A stretch of 53,562 nt of DNA, taken from positions 1 through 53,562 of IMG/VR virus record IMGVR_UViG_3300031857_000254, one strand, 5' to 3'. Below, piece after piece: positions 36,751 to 45,677 of the stretch (position 1 is the first letter of the stretch; every line of letters starts with the position of its first letter). The notes under the pieces were generated by a model that saw only the letters and a program-made list of their open reading frames with translations, ran no database searches and had not been told where the DNA came from. The stretch is from a virus. Taxonomy: Duplodnaviria; Caudoviricetes. The position numbers and the translations under genes are program-made.

Positions 36751-39102
36751 ATGGCCCGTAAACCAATGACACTCGAAGATACGCTGCGTCCCCAGTTTGA
36801 GGGGATTGGCGGCGTTGACGTTGACATGCCTGAGGGCGACGCGGAATACGAAATCGAAATGGGCGGCCCTGAGATGGTCGATGGCGCTGAGATCACCGAA
36901 TTGGATGATGGCGGCGTTGAGATTGATTTTGAACCATCGGAAGATGAAGAAGAAGAAATCACGCACGAGTCGAACCTCGCGCTGTACATGGACGATATGG
37001 ACCTAAATGGTCTGGGTGAGATGCTGCTAAGCGGCGTTGAGGAAGATAAACAGAGCCGCAGTGAGTGGGAAACCACGATGTCTGAGGGCATCAAGCTGAT
37101 GGGCCTGAAGATCGAAGACCGCCAGACGCCGTTCAAGGGGGCGTGCGGCGTTTACGATCCGCTGTTGGCTGAGGCTGTGGTGCGCTGGCAGGCTGTGGCT
37201 TGCGGCGAGCTGTTACCGGCTGCTGGTCCGGTTAAGACGCAGATCACGGGCGTTGCGAACGAGCAGTTGGAGGCGCAGGCGTCGCGGGTTAAGGACTTCA
37301 TGAACCTTTACCTTACGGAATTGGCCCCTGAGTTCTACGAAGAGTTCGACCAGATGCTGTTCTGGTTGGCGCTGGTGGGTTCGACGTTCAAGAAAGTTTA
37401 TCAGGATCGGCTGCTGGGACGCCCGGTGAGCCGATTTGTTTTGCCGGACAACTTCATTGTTTCCTATGGCACGACTGATTTAGAGACATCGCCACGTTTC
37501 TGCCACATTACGCCGATGACGCGCCGGAATTTCCGCTTGGCGCAGCTGGCGGGTGTGTATCGCGATATCAAGGTTGGCGATCCGCAGCCGGATGATGAGG
37601 GCCAGAGCCCGATTCGCGCAGAGGTTGACGGCGTTCAGGGCGTTGAGCCGGGCGCGGAAGGCACGGAAGAGTATCGGATCTATGAGGTTTATGCGGATCT
37701 GAACCTCGAAGGCTTTGAAAACGAGGATGGTATTCCTCTGCCGTATATCGTGACGATTGATGAGGGGACTCGCAAGGTTCTGTCGATCTATCGTAACTAT
37801 GAAGAGGGTGATCCGACGTTCAAGCGTCAGGATTGCTTTGTTCACTATAAGCTGATGCCCGGCGTTGGCTTTTATGGCCTTGGCTATGCGCATTTGTTGG
37901 GCAACTCGGCGAAGACGGCGACATCGATCCGTCGTCAGCTGATTGACGCTGCGACGCTGAACAACTTCCCCGGCGGCTTGCGCGTTAAGGGCATGCGCCT
38001 CGACGACAATAACATTGGGATTGGCCCGACTGAGTTCCGTGAAATTGACACGGGCGGTATGCCGATTCAGAACGCGATCATGACGATGCCGTATAAGGAA
38101 CCTTCGCAGGTTTCTTTGGCGCTGCTGAAGGAAACGTATGAGAGTGCGCGGAATCTTGCCAACACAGCCGAAATTGCGGTGGGTGAGGGCAGACAAGATG
38201 CTCCAGTTGGAACGACTGTGGCTCTTATGGAAGCGGCAACCCGACTCCAGTCGGCGACGCTCAAGCGGTCGCATAAGGCGTTCAATCGGGAACTGAAGAT
38301 GATTGCGAATTTGTTTGGCAAGTATCTGCCAGACGAACCGTATCCATTCCCAGTTCGCGGCGGCATGTCGGCGATCATGCGCGAAGACTTCTCGGACAAC
38401 ATCGACGTTATTCCTGTCAGCGACCCGAACATTTCGTCGTCCGCGCAACGCATGATGCGTGCGGAAGCTCTATTGCGTTTTGCGACACAGCAGCCTGACC
38501 AGCACAATCTGCGCGCAGCCTATCGTCAGATGTATGTCGAGATGGGAATTGACGAAGAGAAGATTGAAATGCTCCTGTTGCCTGAGCAAGAGAAGCCGAA
38601 GCCGCTGGATCCTCTGTCTGAGAACCAGAATGCACTGACGGGCAAGCCATTGGTGGCCGGCGCGTATCAGGATCACGACGCACACATCGCGGCGCACGCC
38701 CCGATTGCTGAAGAGAACCCAGCGCTGCAGGCGCACATCAACGAGCATTTGGCCCTGAAGATGCGCTTGCAGGTTGAGCAGATCATTGGCCAGCCGTTGC
38801 CGCCTCCGGGCCAGCCGCTGCCGCCTGAGATTGAGAACCAGCTCGCGGTTATGGTTGCACAGGCCATGCAGCAGCTTGCGCCATCCTATAAGCCACAGCC
38901 TCCGGGCCCTGACCCAATGGTTCAGATTGAGCAGATGAAGGTTCAGCAGCGCGATGCTGACAGCAAACTTGACGCCCAAGTCGAAATGACGAAGGCGCAA
39001 ATAGAAGCACAGACTGACGCGGAAGACCGTGCTTCGAGAGAGCGGATTGCAGCAATGAAGCTCCAGTCCGAAGCCCTGCGTAATAATGGAGGTTTTCAAT
39101 GA
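36751..39102 (+). CDS. Portal protein
   Basis: About 783 aa after terL; GSTFKKVY, PGVGFYGLG, APVGTTVALME, IPVSDPNI. Confidence 0.88.
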   Translation: MARKPMTLEDTLRPQFEGIGGVDVDMPEGDAEYEIEMGGPEMVDGAEITELDDGGVEIDFEPSEDEEEEITHESNLALYMDDMDLNGLGEMLLSGVEEDKQSRSEWETTMSEGIKLMGLKIEDRQTPFKGACGVYDPLLAEAVVRWQAVACGELLPAAGPVKTQITGVANEQLEAQASRVKDFMNLYLTELAPEFYEEFDQMLFWLALVGSTFKKVYQDRLLGRPVSRFVLPDNFIVSYGTTDLETSPRFCHITPMTRRNFRLAQLAGVYRDIKVGDPQPDDEGQSPIRAEVDGVQGVEPGAEGTEEYRIYEVYADLNLEGFENEDGIPLPYIVTIDEGTRKVLSIYRNYEEGDPTFKRQDCFVHYKLMPGVGFYGLGYAHLLGNSAKTATSIRRQLIDAATLNNFPGGLRVKGMRLDDNNIGIGPTEFREIDTGGMPIQNAIMTMPYKEPSQVSLALLKETYESARNLANTAEIAVGEGRQDAPVGTTVALMEAATRLQSATLKRSHKAFNRELKMIANLFGKYLPDEPYPFPVRGGMSAIMREDFSDNIDVIPVSDPNISSSAQRMMRAEALLRFATQQPDQHNLRAAYRQMYVEMGIDEEKIEMLLLPEQEKPKPLDPLSENQNALTGKPLVAGAYQDHDAHIAAHAPIAEENPALQAHINEHLALKMRLQVEQIIGQPLPPPGQPLPPEIENQLAVMVAQAMQQLAPSYKPQPPGPDPMVQIEQMKVQQRDADSKLDAQVEMTKAQIEAQTDAEDRASRERIAAMKLQSEALRNNGGFQ

Positions 39103-39635
39103 AGATGACTGACTTGCGGGCGAAAGCTCGTGCAATTTTCGGCCCAGCAATCGCTGAGCCTATGCCTAAACAACCCAATGGCGCGAAGGCGCTTCAGGAG
39201 CGTGCAAACGCCCGTCCTATCCCGACCTATAAGGTTGGCGGTGCTGTAAAGAAGAGCATGCCTCCTCAGCCGACTGCAGCTGAGCGTGAAGCAGATCGCA
39301 AACGTCGCGAAGAGTATGCGAAGATGAAGGTGTCGAAGGAACAGGGTGCAGCCATTACCCGTGGTAATCGCGCCGCTGACATTGAAGGTGGTCGCTATAA
39401 GGATGGCGGCAAGGTTCAGACATCGGCTGACACTGCCAAAAAGCTGGCCACAGAAATGGGCGGCATGAAAAAGGGCGGCAAGGCAAAGAAGGATGGCCTC
39501 GCTGTCATGATTGCTATTGGTGAGCCTAAGAAGCCAGTTAAAAAAGCTGCTGGCGGCGCTGCCAAGGTTCGCAAGGGCATGATGACACCTGAAGGTAAAA
39601 TTACGCACGCCATGAATAAGATGCGCGACAAGTAA
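39099..39635 (+). CDS. Basic protein with repeated xKxGG motifs
   Basis: 178 aa; YKVGGAV, YKDGGKV, MKKGGKA, KAAGGAA. Confidence 0.8.
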   Translation: MKMTDLRAKARAIFGPAIAEPMPKQPNGAKALQERANARPIPTYKVGGAVKKSMPPQPTAAEREADRKRREEYAKMKVSKEQGAAITRGNRAADIEGGRYKDGGKVQTSADTAKKLATEMGGMKKGGKAKKDGLAVMIAIGEPKKPVKKAAGGAAKVRKGMMTPEGKITHAMNKMRDK

Positions 39636-39734
39636 CAGGGGCCGCGACCGTGCCTTAACAGTGCGGTCGCGACTACCTAACCCTAGCAGAAGGTGGGCAA
39701 AGACTCGCCGCTGCAAAACTACCGGAGAATAAAA

Positions 39735-40016
39735 TTGAGCGCAGAGGAACTAAGCCGCAGAGCGGTTGAGCGTATCAGTGAGCTGCGAGATCGCGCCACA
39801 GAATACTCATTAAATGCACGTTTTAGGCCGTCCAGCCAAGGGGAGAAATACTTCCCGGCATCGACGGCGGAAGAGATTGCCCTTCAGGTTCTGGAGGGGA
39901 ATGCGTTGGTGCGTGGCTATACAGCTGCAATTCAGGTCATTGCCGACGAGTATAAACGTATGATGCAGCCTGACGATGATAAAATACCGGAACAAAAAAC
40001 AAGGAGTCATTACTGA
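39735..40016 (+). CDS. Hypothetical protein (TTG start)
   Basis: GGAG RBS then TTG 39735; helical 93 aa upstream of groES-like gene. Confidence 0.65.
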   Translation: MSAEELSRRAVERISELRDRATEYSLNARFRPSSQGEKYFPASTAEEIALQVLEGNALVRGYTAAIQVIADEYKRMMQPDDDKIPEQKTRSHY

Positions 40017-40474
40017 TGAGCATGAGTAACATTGAGCCGCATGAAGAAGAGCTTGCGAAGCAATTCATAGACGGGCATTTTGTGGAGATGACGGGTCAGC
40101 CGTTTGATATGCGCCCAGCTGGGTATCTTGTGGCTGTAAAAATTTACATCCGCCCTGAAGAGCTGAAGACGATCAAGAAGGAAGACGGCACGGAAGTGAC
40201 GCTTTACCTGCCAGACACGGTTCGCGCTGAAGATAAGTTCTCATCGGTTTCGGCTTTGGTATGCGCTGTTGGACCGGAAGCCTATCAGGGTGAGAAGTTC
40301 GAACGCTCTGGGCCTTGGTGCAAGGTCGGGGACTGGATCCTGATCCCACGCTATGAATCGACAATGGTTTCTTATCGCGGCGTTGCAATGGCGCTTCTGC
40401 CTGATGATCGCGTTATGGCGGTTATCACTGGCCCAGAAGATGTCGAATCAGGCAAGGCTGCTAATAATTATTAA
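40016..40474 (+). CDS. groES: GroES-like co-chaperonin
   Basis: RPAGYLVAV, LYLPD mobile loop, VCAVGPEAY, WCKVGDWILIPRY, LLPDDRVMAVI. Confidence 0.85.
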   Translation: MSMSNIEPHEEELAKQFIDGHFVEMTGQPFDMRPAGYLVAVKIYIRPEELKTIKKEDGTEVTLYLPDTVRAEDKFSSVSALVCAVGPEAYQGEKFERSGPWCKVGDWILIPRYESTMVSYRGVAMALLPDDRVMAVITGPEDVESGKAANNY

Positions 40475-40484
40475 GGAATAGAGC

Positions 40485-41510
40485 ATGGATGAAGAAAACG
40501 AAATTCCAGAACTTCCGTTGACGGAAGAGGGGCCCACCGAAGACATCGAAATTGAGATAACCGAAGACGATCTTGGTGAAAGCCTCGCGGATTACGAGGA
40601 AGAAGAATCCGAAGAAACCGTTGAGGAAGAAGAGCCTGAGGAAGAAGAAGAACCCGAAGAAGAGCCTGAAGAAGAGGCCCCGAAGCGGAAGCGTTCACCT
40701 GACAAGCGAATAGCTGAGCTGGCCCGCAAGGCCGCTGACGCTGAGCGCCGTGCGCAGGAAGCTGAGTCTCGCCTGCAGAACGAAGCCCAGATGCGTCAGC
40801 AATCTGACTTCGCCATGATGACGCACTACAAGAACAACCTCATCAACGAGGCTGGTGCGGTCAAGCAGAAGCTCATGGATGCGCATTCTATGGGCGACAG
40901 CGAACAGATTGTTGAGCTGCAGAGCATTTACTACAAACTGCAGAATGATCTGGCCGGCGTTGAGAACTGGGAAGCTGAGCAGAAGGTAACAGCTCCAGAG
41001 GTGCAAAAGCAAGCGCAGCCAAAGGCCCAGCCTCAGCCTTCGCTTGAGCCGCGCACAGCTGGATGGATTCAGAAGAACGAGTGGTTTCAGCCACAGTCTC
41101 CTGAGTTCGATCCTGAGATGCACGAAGAGGCAACGCTGTATGCACGCCGCATCGAGCGTCGGTATCGTTCTGAGGGTCGTGACGACGAAATCGGTGGCGT
41201 TGATTACTTCACGGAAATCGACCGTCACATGCGTAAGGAATACCCTGACGCATTCTCAGCCGTATCAACCCCAAGCAAGAGAACTCCACCGATGTCTCGT
41301 GAATCTAATGTTGCCCCTGTCCAGCGCAGCGCGCCAAACCAGCAAGGCAAAAGCGCCAAGACCATACGACTAACAGCCGATCAGCGCCGCATGGCACACC
41401 AGTTGGCCCAGTCTGGGGCTATTCGCAATCAGAAGGGAGGTCGCATGACCGATCTTGAGGCGGAAAAATATTACGCAGTTCACATGATAAAACAGAGTAA
41501 AGGATCTTAA
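40485..41510 (+). CDS. Putative scaffolding protein
   Basis: Very acidic N-terminus, KRIAEL coiled coil, W..KN.WF, IRLTADQ; lies between portal and capsid. Confidence 0.7.
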   Translation: MDEENEIPELPLTEEGPTEDIEIEITEDDLGESLADYEEEESEETVEEEEPEEEEEPEEEPEEEAPKRKRSPDKRIAELARKAADAERRAQEAESRLQNEAQMRQQSDFAMMTHYKNNLINEAGAVKQKLMDAHSMGDSEQIVELQSIYYKLQNDLAGVENWEAEQKVTAPEVQKQAQPKAQPQPSLEPRTAGWIQKNEWFQPQSPEFDPEMHEEATLYARRIERRYRSEGRDDEIGGVDYFTEIDRHMRKEYPDAFSAVSTPSKRTPPMSRESNVAPVQRSAPNQQGKSAKTIRLTADQRRMAHQLAQSGAIRNQKGGRMTDLEAEKYYAVHMIKQSKGS

Positions 41511-41512
41511 TA

Positions 41513-41992
41513 ATGGCACGAGCATCAAGAATCTCGCAGAGCCGAGCAGCAGAATCACGCGAATCCAGCATGCGCAAGCGTCCTGAAACGCACTTCCAAT
41601 CCAAACTATATGTTCCGAAGGACAAAATCCCTGCGGGCATGACATACGCTTGGGTTCGCGAATCAACCCTCAACGAACCCGATCCCGACAACATGACGGA
41701 TCGCATGATTAAGGGCTGGGCTCCAGTTCCTGCGTCACGCCACCCTGAGATGGTCCCTCCTCCCCTTCCCGGCTATGAAGGCTTGGAAGTGCAGGTTATC
41801 CGTCGCGGCGGTCTAATGCTCTGCGAATGCCCGACACGGGACGTTCAGGAGCGTAACGAAGATCGCGATCTGGAAAACATTGAAACCTTGCAAGACGTGG
41901 CATGGACTGGTCAGAGCGACCCGAACCTTCCGCGCTTTGAAGACAAAGACAGTGGCGTCTCGTTCGAGCGCGTCACGTCATTTAAGGATTAA
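41513..41992 (+). CDS. Conserved head-module protein
   Basis: PAGMTYAWVR, GWAPVPA..HPE, GGLMLCECP. Confidence 0.75.
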   Translation: MARASRISQSRAAESRESSMRKRPETHFQSKLYVPKDKIPAGMTYAWVRESTLNEPDPDNMTDRMIKGWAPVPASRHPEMVPPPLPGYEGLEVQVIRRGGLMLCECPTRDVQERNEDRDLENIETLQDVAWTGQSDPNLPRFEDKDSGVSFERVTSFKD

Positions 41993-42034
41993 CCTCCGGC
42001 CACAGCGTTATTTCCCCTTGCGCTGTGGGAACTT

Positions 42035-42069
42035 CCCTCCGCTCACTCAACTGGGCGGGGGGTTTTTTT
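42035..42069 (+). terminator. Rho-independent terminator
   Basis: CCCTCCGCTCA-loop-TGGGCGGGGGG followed by T7; a second hairpin CCACAGCG/CGCTGTGG lies just upstream. Confidence 0.75.
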
Positions 42070-42075
42070 ATGTTG

Positions 42076-42104
42076 TTGACGCAGGTGTTGAATTGAGTTA
42101 GTTC
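42076..42104 (+). promoter_or_regulatory. Putative promoter for the capsid operon
   Basis: TTGACG-17-TAGTTC immediately after the terminator. Confidence 0.5.
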
Positions 42105-42110
42105 TGATGT

Positions 42111-42232
42111 CCTCGACGCAGGTCACGTATCCTGCACCTCGATAGTGGTCACGTACCCACTCCTACGGCGGGTAGCCGATTCGATGTCGCGTCACGTATC
42201 GCGTCACCTAGCAGGCAGGTTAAAGCCGAATC
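42111..42232 (+). ncRNA. Structured leader: three hairpins with identical UCACGUAY loop
   Basis: GCAGG/CCTGC, AGTGG/CCACT and CGCG/CGCG stems around TCACGTA(T/C), each preceded by TCGA. Confidence 0.7.
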
Positions 42233-42257
42233 ATTCATTTTAGCATGGAGAAACCGT

Positions 42258-42854
42258 ATGTCTTACGGAACGAATGCGCCAAATGGTTTTCAGCCCGTCA
42301 AAAAACTTGATGGATCTGCTTGGACTGGCGCGACAAACCCTTACGAGATTGTTACCACCTACGCGACTGCCATTTTCCGTGGCGATCCTGTCACCGTTGC
42401 AAACACAGGCTACCTTCAGGTTGGCGTTGCAGGCTCCGCTTGCGTTGGCGTCTTCTGGGGTGTCAAGTACACCGACAGCACTGGCGTCGTAAAGTTCATG
42501 AACTACTGGCCGGGTAATCCGGGCGTTCTCACCGGCTCGACCGTTGAAGCTCTCGTGATTGATGATCCAGACACAGTGTTCTCGATTCAAGAAACAAGCG
42601 GCACCGGCACTGCTGGCACTCCGCTGGCACTTGCTGATCGTGGCCTGAACATCAACTTCCTTTACACTGCTGGTTCGACTTCGACGGGTTCGTCCGCCGT
42701 TTCGATCAACAACGCAACGGAAGCCGACACCAGCACGCTGAACTGCAAAATCCTCCAGCTCGACCCGACTCCGGGTAACGCTGTTGGCGCTTTTGCTAAC
42801 TGGCTCGTTGTCCTCAACAACCACCTCTATCGTGGCGGCGTGACCGGCATCTGA
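42258..42854 (+). CDS. Putative capsid decoration/minor capsid protein
   Basis: 198 aa beta-rich; AIFRGDPV, GVFWGVKYT, VIDDPDTVF; directly upstream of MCP. Confidence 0.7.
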   Translation: MSYGTNAPNGFQPVKKLDGSAWTGATNPYEIVTTYATAIFRGDPVTVANTGYLQVGVAGSACVGVFWGVKYTDSTGVVKFMNYWPGNPGVLTGSTVEALVIDDPDTVFSIQETSGTGTAGTPLALADRGLNINFLYTAGSTSTGSSAVSINNATEADTSTLNCKILQLDPTPGNAVGAFANWLVVLNNHLYRGGVTGI

Positions 42855-42877
42855 TAAGCCAGTAGGGAGAATTTAAA

Positions 42878-43783
42878 ATGGCTATTAATACAACCGCAAT
42901 CCGCGATCTGCTCCGGCCCGGTTTGGCCGCCGTTTTTGGCGACTATCCGATGTACCCCGGTCAGTGGTCGGAAATCTTCGAGAAGCACACATCCGATAAG
43001 GCTGTTGAAATCGAAGTCGAAGTCAAGCTGCTTGGCTTGGCGCAAATCAAGGCAGAAGGTGCCTCGACCGCTTACGGCGAAATGGGTCAGCGCTATGTAA
43101 CGAACTATGTAAACCGTTACACCAGCATTGGTTTCATCATCACCCGTCAGGCGATCAAGGACAACTTGTACCAATCGTCGTTCCCACTGCAGGCGAAGGC
43201 TCTTCGTCAGTCGATGGAACAGACCAAAGAAGTTCTCGGCGCATCCGTTTTGAACAACGGCTTCTCGTCGAACTTCCCAATTGGTGACGGCCAGCCACTG
43301 TTCTCGACGGCTCACCCCATCGAAAACGGCACGGTTGCCAACACCTTCTCGGTACAGGCTGACTTGAACGAAACGTCGCTTCAGGATGCCATCGTTGGCG
43401 TTCAGCGCTTCCGTGATGCTGCGGGCCTCCGCATCATGACGAAGCCTACAAAGCTCATCGTTCCAGCCGAACTGCAGTGGACCGCGACTCGCTTGCTGCA
43501 ATCGCAGTTCCGCGTCGATACGGCGAACAACGACATCAACGCGATCTATAACAACTCGGCGGTTCCGCAGGGTCATCGCGTCAACATGTTCTTGACGGAC
43601 ACGAACTCGTGGTTCTTGCTCACCGACGCTCCAAACGGCTTCAAGCACTATGAGCGTGAAGCTCTCGAAACCGATGTCTACACGGACTTCGACACCGACA
43701 ACCTCAAGGCGAAAGCCATTGAGCGTTATTCGTTCGGCTGCTCGAACTTCCGCGCAGGCTGGGGTTCACAGGGCGCTTCCTAA
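42878..43783 (+). CDS. Major capsid protein
   Basis: LLRPGL..VFG, KAEG, GDGQPLFSTAHP, LIVP, FLTDTNSWFLLTD, ERYSFG; HK97-fold (Mu gpT-like) pattern. Confidence 0.9.
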   Translation: MAINTTAIRDLLRPGLAAVFGDYPMYPGQWSEIFEKHTSDKAVEIEVEVKLLGLAQIKAEGASTAYGEMGQRYVTNYVNRYTSIGFIITRQAIKDNLYQSSFPLQAKALRQSMEQTKEVLGASVLNNGFSSNFPIGDGQPLFSTAHPIENGTVANTFSVQADLNETSLQDAIVGVQRFRDAAGLRIMTKPTKLIVPAELQWTATRLLQSQFRVDTANNDINAIYNNSAVPQGHRVNMFLTDTNSWFLLTDAPNGFKHYEREALETDVYTDFDTDNLKAKAIERYSFGCSNFRAGWGSQGAS

Positions 43784-43792
43784 TCGGACTCT

Positions 43793-43815
43793 GGGGGTGG
43801 CATCCGTCACCCCCT
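43793..43815 (+). promoter_or_regulatory. Intergenic hairpin after MCP (pause/stability element, no U-tract)
   Basis: GGGGGTGGC-ATCC-GTCACCCCC. Confidence 0.6.
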
Positions 43816-43832
43816 AACTATGGAGAAAATTT

Positions 43833-44498
43833 ATGACTCACTTCTCTGATGGTGTCCGGGTTGGGCGTAGCTTCAGCCTCAATGGGGCCGCTCCGATTCC
43901 GGGTGCCCCCATGTCTCCGATGTTCGTCTATGACGTTACTCCGGTGGCTTTGGATGCAGATGGCATCTGCGCTCAGCAGACGCTTGCTGCGGCAGGCAAT
44001 GCCCTGATCAACGGTGCTTTGGCATCCAGTGGCGTTGTAACCCTCGACGTTCCTCGCAACGTCATTGTTGACGCTGCCGGTGCGGCTACTGCTGTTCTTA
44101 CGGTTACTGGTACGGACGTTTATGGCGTTCCGATGTCGGAAGCTATCACCCTGAATGGCACGACTGCTGTTGCTGGCAAGAAGGCATTCAAGACAATCAC
44201 CAGCGTAGCAGCTTCGGCTGCAGCCACCGATTTCTTCGTTGGCACTGGCGATGTGTTTGGTCTTCCTTTCCGCTCGGATAGCCGTAACTACTGCTTGACC
44301 GCTTGGAACAGCGCATTTGTTACGACTGGCACGTTTGTGGCAGCTGTAACGACCGACCCCGCGACCACCACTACTGGCGACGTTCGCGGAACCTACGCGG
44401 TTCCAGACGCAGCTGATGGCTCTAAGCAACTGACTGTTTGGATGTTCATTGAAAATCCAGACTCAGTGACGGGCCTCTATGGCGTGACACAAGCCTAA
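43833..44498 (+). CDS. Structural protein (head fibre/decoration-like)
   Basis: MTHFSDGV start; Thr/Ala/Gly-rich beta; GTGDVFGLP, TTGDVRGTY. Confidence 0.7.
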   Translation: MTHFSDGVRVGRSFSLNGAAPIPGAPMSPMFVYDVTPVALDADGICAQQTLAAAGNALINGALASSGVVTLDVPRNVIVDAAGAATAVLTVTGTDVYGVPMSEAITLNGTTAVAGKKAFKTITSVAASAAATDFFVGTGDVFGLPFRSDSRNYCLTAWNSAFVTTGTFVAAVTTDPATTTTGDVRGTYAVPDAADGSKQLTVWMFIENPDSVTGLYGVTQA

Positions 44499-44503
44499 TG
44501 ATT

Positions 44504-44525
44504 GGGGCGGCCTTCGGGTCGCCCT
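44504..44525 (+). promoter_or_regulatory. Intergenic hairpin with cUUCGg tetraloop
   Basis: GGGGCGGCC-TTCG-GGTCGCCCT. Confidence 0.6.
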
Positions 44526-44543
44526 AGTTACATGGAGACGGTG

Positions 44544-44795
44544 ATGCGGGCGAAGAAGGACTTTCAGTTTAAGGCGAAGCATAAGAACCCCAAGGGCGGT
44601 CTCAACGAGGCTGGTCGTAAGGCGTATAATGCAGCCACTGGATCGAACCTTAAGCGTCCGCAGCCGGAAGGTGGCTCTCGTCGTGATAGCTTTTGTGCCA
44701 GAATGAAGGGCATGAAAAAGAAACTGACATCCGCCGAGACCGCCAAAGATCCGAATAGTCGGATCAACAAATCACTCAGAGCGTGGAACTGTTAA
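44544..44795 (+). CDS. Small basic protein (DUF6321-like)
   Basis: KNPKGGLN..GR, RRDSFCARM, SLRAWNC; GGAG RBS. Confidence 0.8.
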   Translation: MRAKKDFQFKAKHKNPKGGLNEAGRKAYNAATGSNLKRPQPEGGSRRDSFCARMKGMKKKLTSAETAKDPNSRINKSLRAWNC

Positions 44796-44796
44796 C

Positions 44797-44976
44797 ATGC
44801 GTGGAAAAAAGAATTTCATTGCTGAGGCTATCAAGAAGCCCGGCGCACTTCGTAAAGCGCTTGGCGCTAAAGCTGGAAAGCCTATCCCCGCAGGAAAGCT
44901 GGAGGCAGCCGCTAAGGCACCCGGTAAAATGGGCCAGCGCGCACGCTTCGCTATGACACTTAAAGGAATGAAATAA
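44797..44976 (+). CDS. Small basic protein, 59 aa (not in ORF track)
   Basis: MRGKKNFIAEAIKKPGALRKALG..GQRARFAMTLKGMK; TAATG-coupled. Confidence 0.8.
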   Translation: MRGKKNFIAEAIKKPGALRKALGAKAGKPIPAGKLEAAAKAPGKMGQRARFAMTLKGMK

Positions 44977-45377
44977 TGGCTGACGCAGTTAATTCCCAGA
45001 CTCTATTTGACGGCGAAAGCCAAGCCGTCATGAAGTTCAATAACGTGTCCGATGGCACGGGTGAGAGCGCTGTTCTCAAGGTTGATGTATCAGCTTTGAC
45101 TGCGAACAATGTCGGAAAGGCATGCTCTGCCGTTTCAATTCGTCGGATTACAGCGATGGTTAACGGCATGTCGGTTAACCTCCTGTGGGATGCAGATACT
45201 GACGTGAGCGCGGTTATTCTTGCTCCGGGCATGTACACCCTGAACTTTGATGACACAGCTATTCTGGGCAACAATGCCGGCACGGGTAAGACTGGCGACA
45301 TTCTTTTCACAACCGTCGGCGCTTCGTCCGGCGACACATACAGCATCATCCTTGAGATGATCAAAACTTACGCCTGA
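44976..45377 (+). CDS. Hypothetical structural protein
   Basis: MADAVNSQTLFDG..SDGTGESAVLKVDVS..TGDILFTT. Confidence 0.75.
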   Translation: MADAVNSQTLFDGESQAVMKFNNVSDGTGESAVLKVDVSALTANNVGKACSAVSIRRITAMVNGMSVNLLWDADTDVSAVILAPGMYTLNFDDTAILGNNAGTGKTGDILFTTVGASSGDTYSIILEMIKTYA

Positions 45378-45389
45378 TAGGAGTTTATT

Positions 45390-45677
45390 ATGATTCTTCG
45401 TAGATACACAAACGCAAATGGTGACCAGCAGGAAATCAGCCTTTCTCAAGAAGATTGGGAAAAGGTGACTGAAGAGTCGCTTGAAATGATGCTCGGCTTT
45501 AAGGATGCGCCTGAACCTGCTGCTGAGGCCGCTGTCGTTGAGGAAGCTCCCGTCGTTGAAGAGGCTCCTGCCGCTGAAGAAGCGCCAGTTGTCGAAGAAG
45601 CCCCTGCTGCTGAAGAGGCCCCCGTCGCTGAAAAAGCGGCAGTTGTCGCAGAAGCGCCTGCCAAAAAGGGCAAATAA
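45390..45677 (+). CDS. Hypothetical protein with acidic hexapeptide repeat
   Basis: GGAG RBS; EEAPVV/EEAPAA tandem units. Confidence 0.75.
   Translation: MILRRYTNANGDQQEISLSQEDWEKVTEESLEMMLGFKDAPEPAAEAAVVEEAPVVEEAPAAEEAPVVEEAPAAEEAPVAEKAAVVAEAPAKKGK
45535..45660 (+). repeat. 18-bp coding tandem repeat
   Basis: About 7 degenerate units encoding EEAP(VV/AA). Confidence 0.75.

Noticed and set aside
42111-42206. Mini CRISPR array
   Set aside because: Only an 8-nt loop is shared, the intervening sequence forms complementary stems rather than unique spacers, and no cas genes are present
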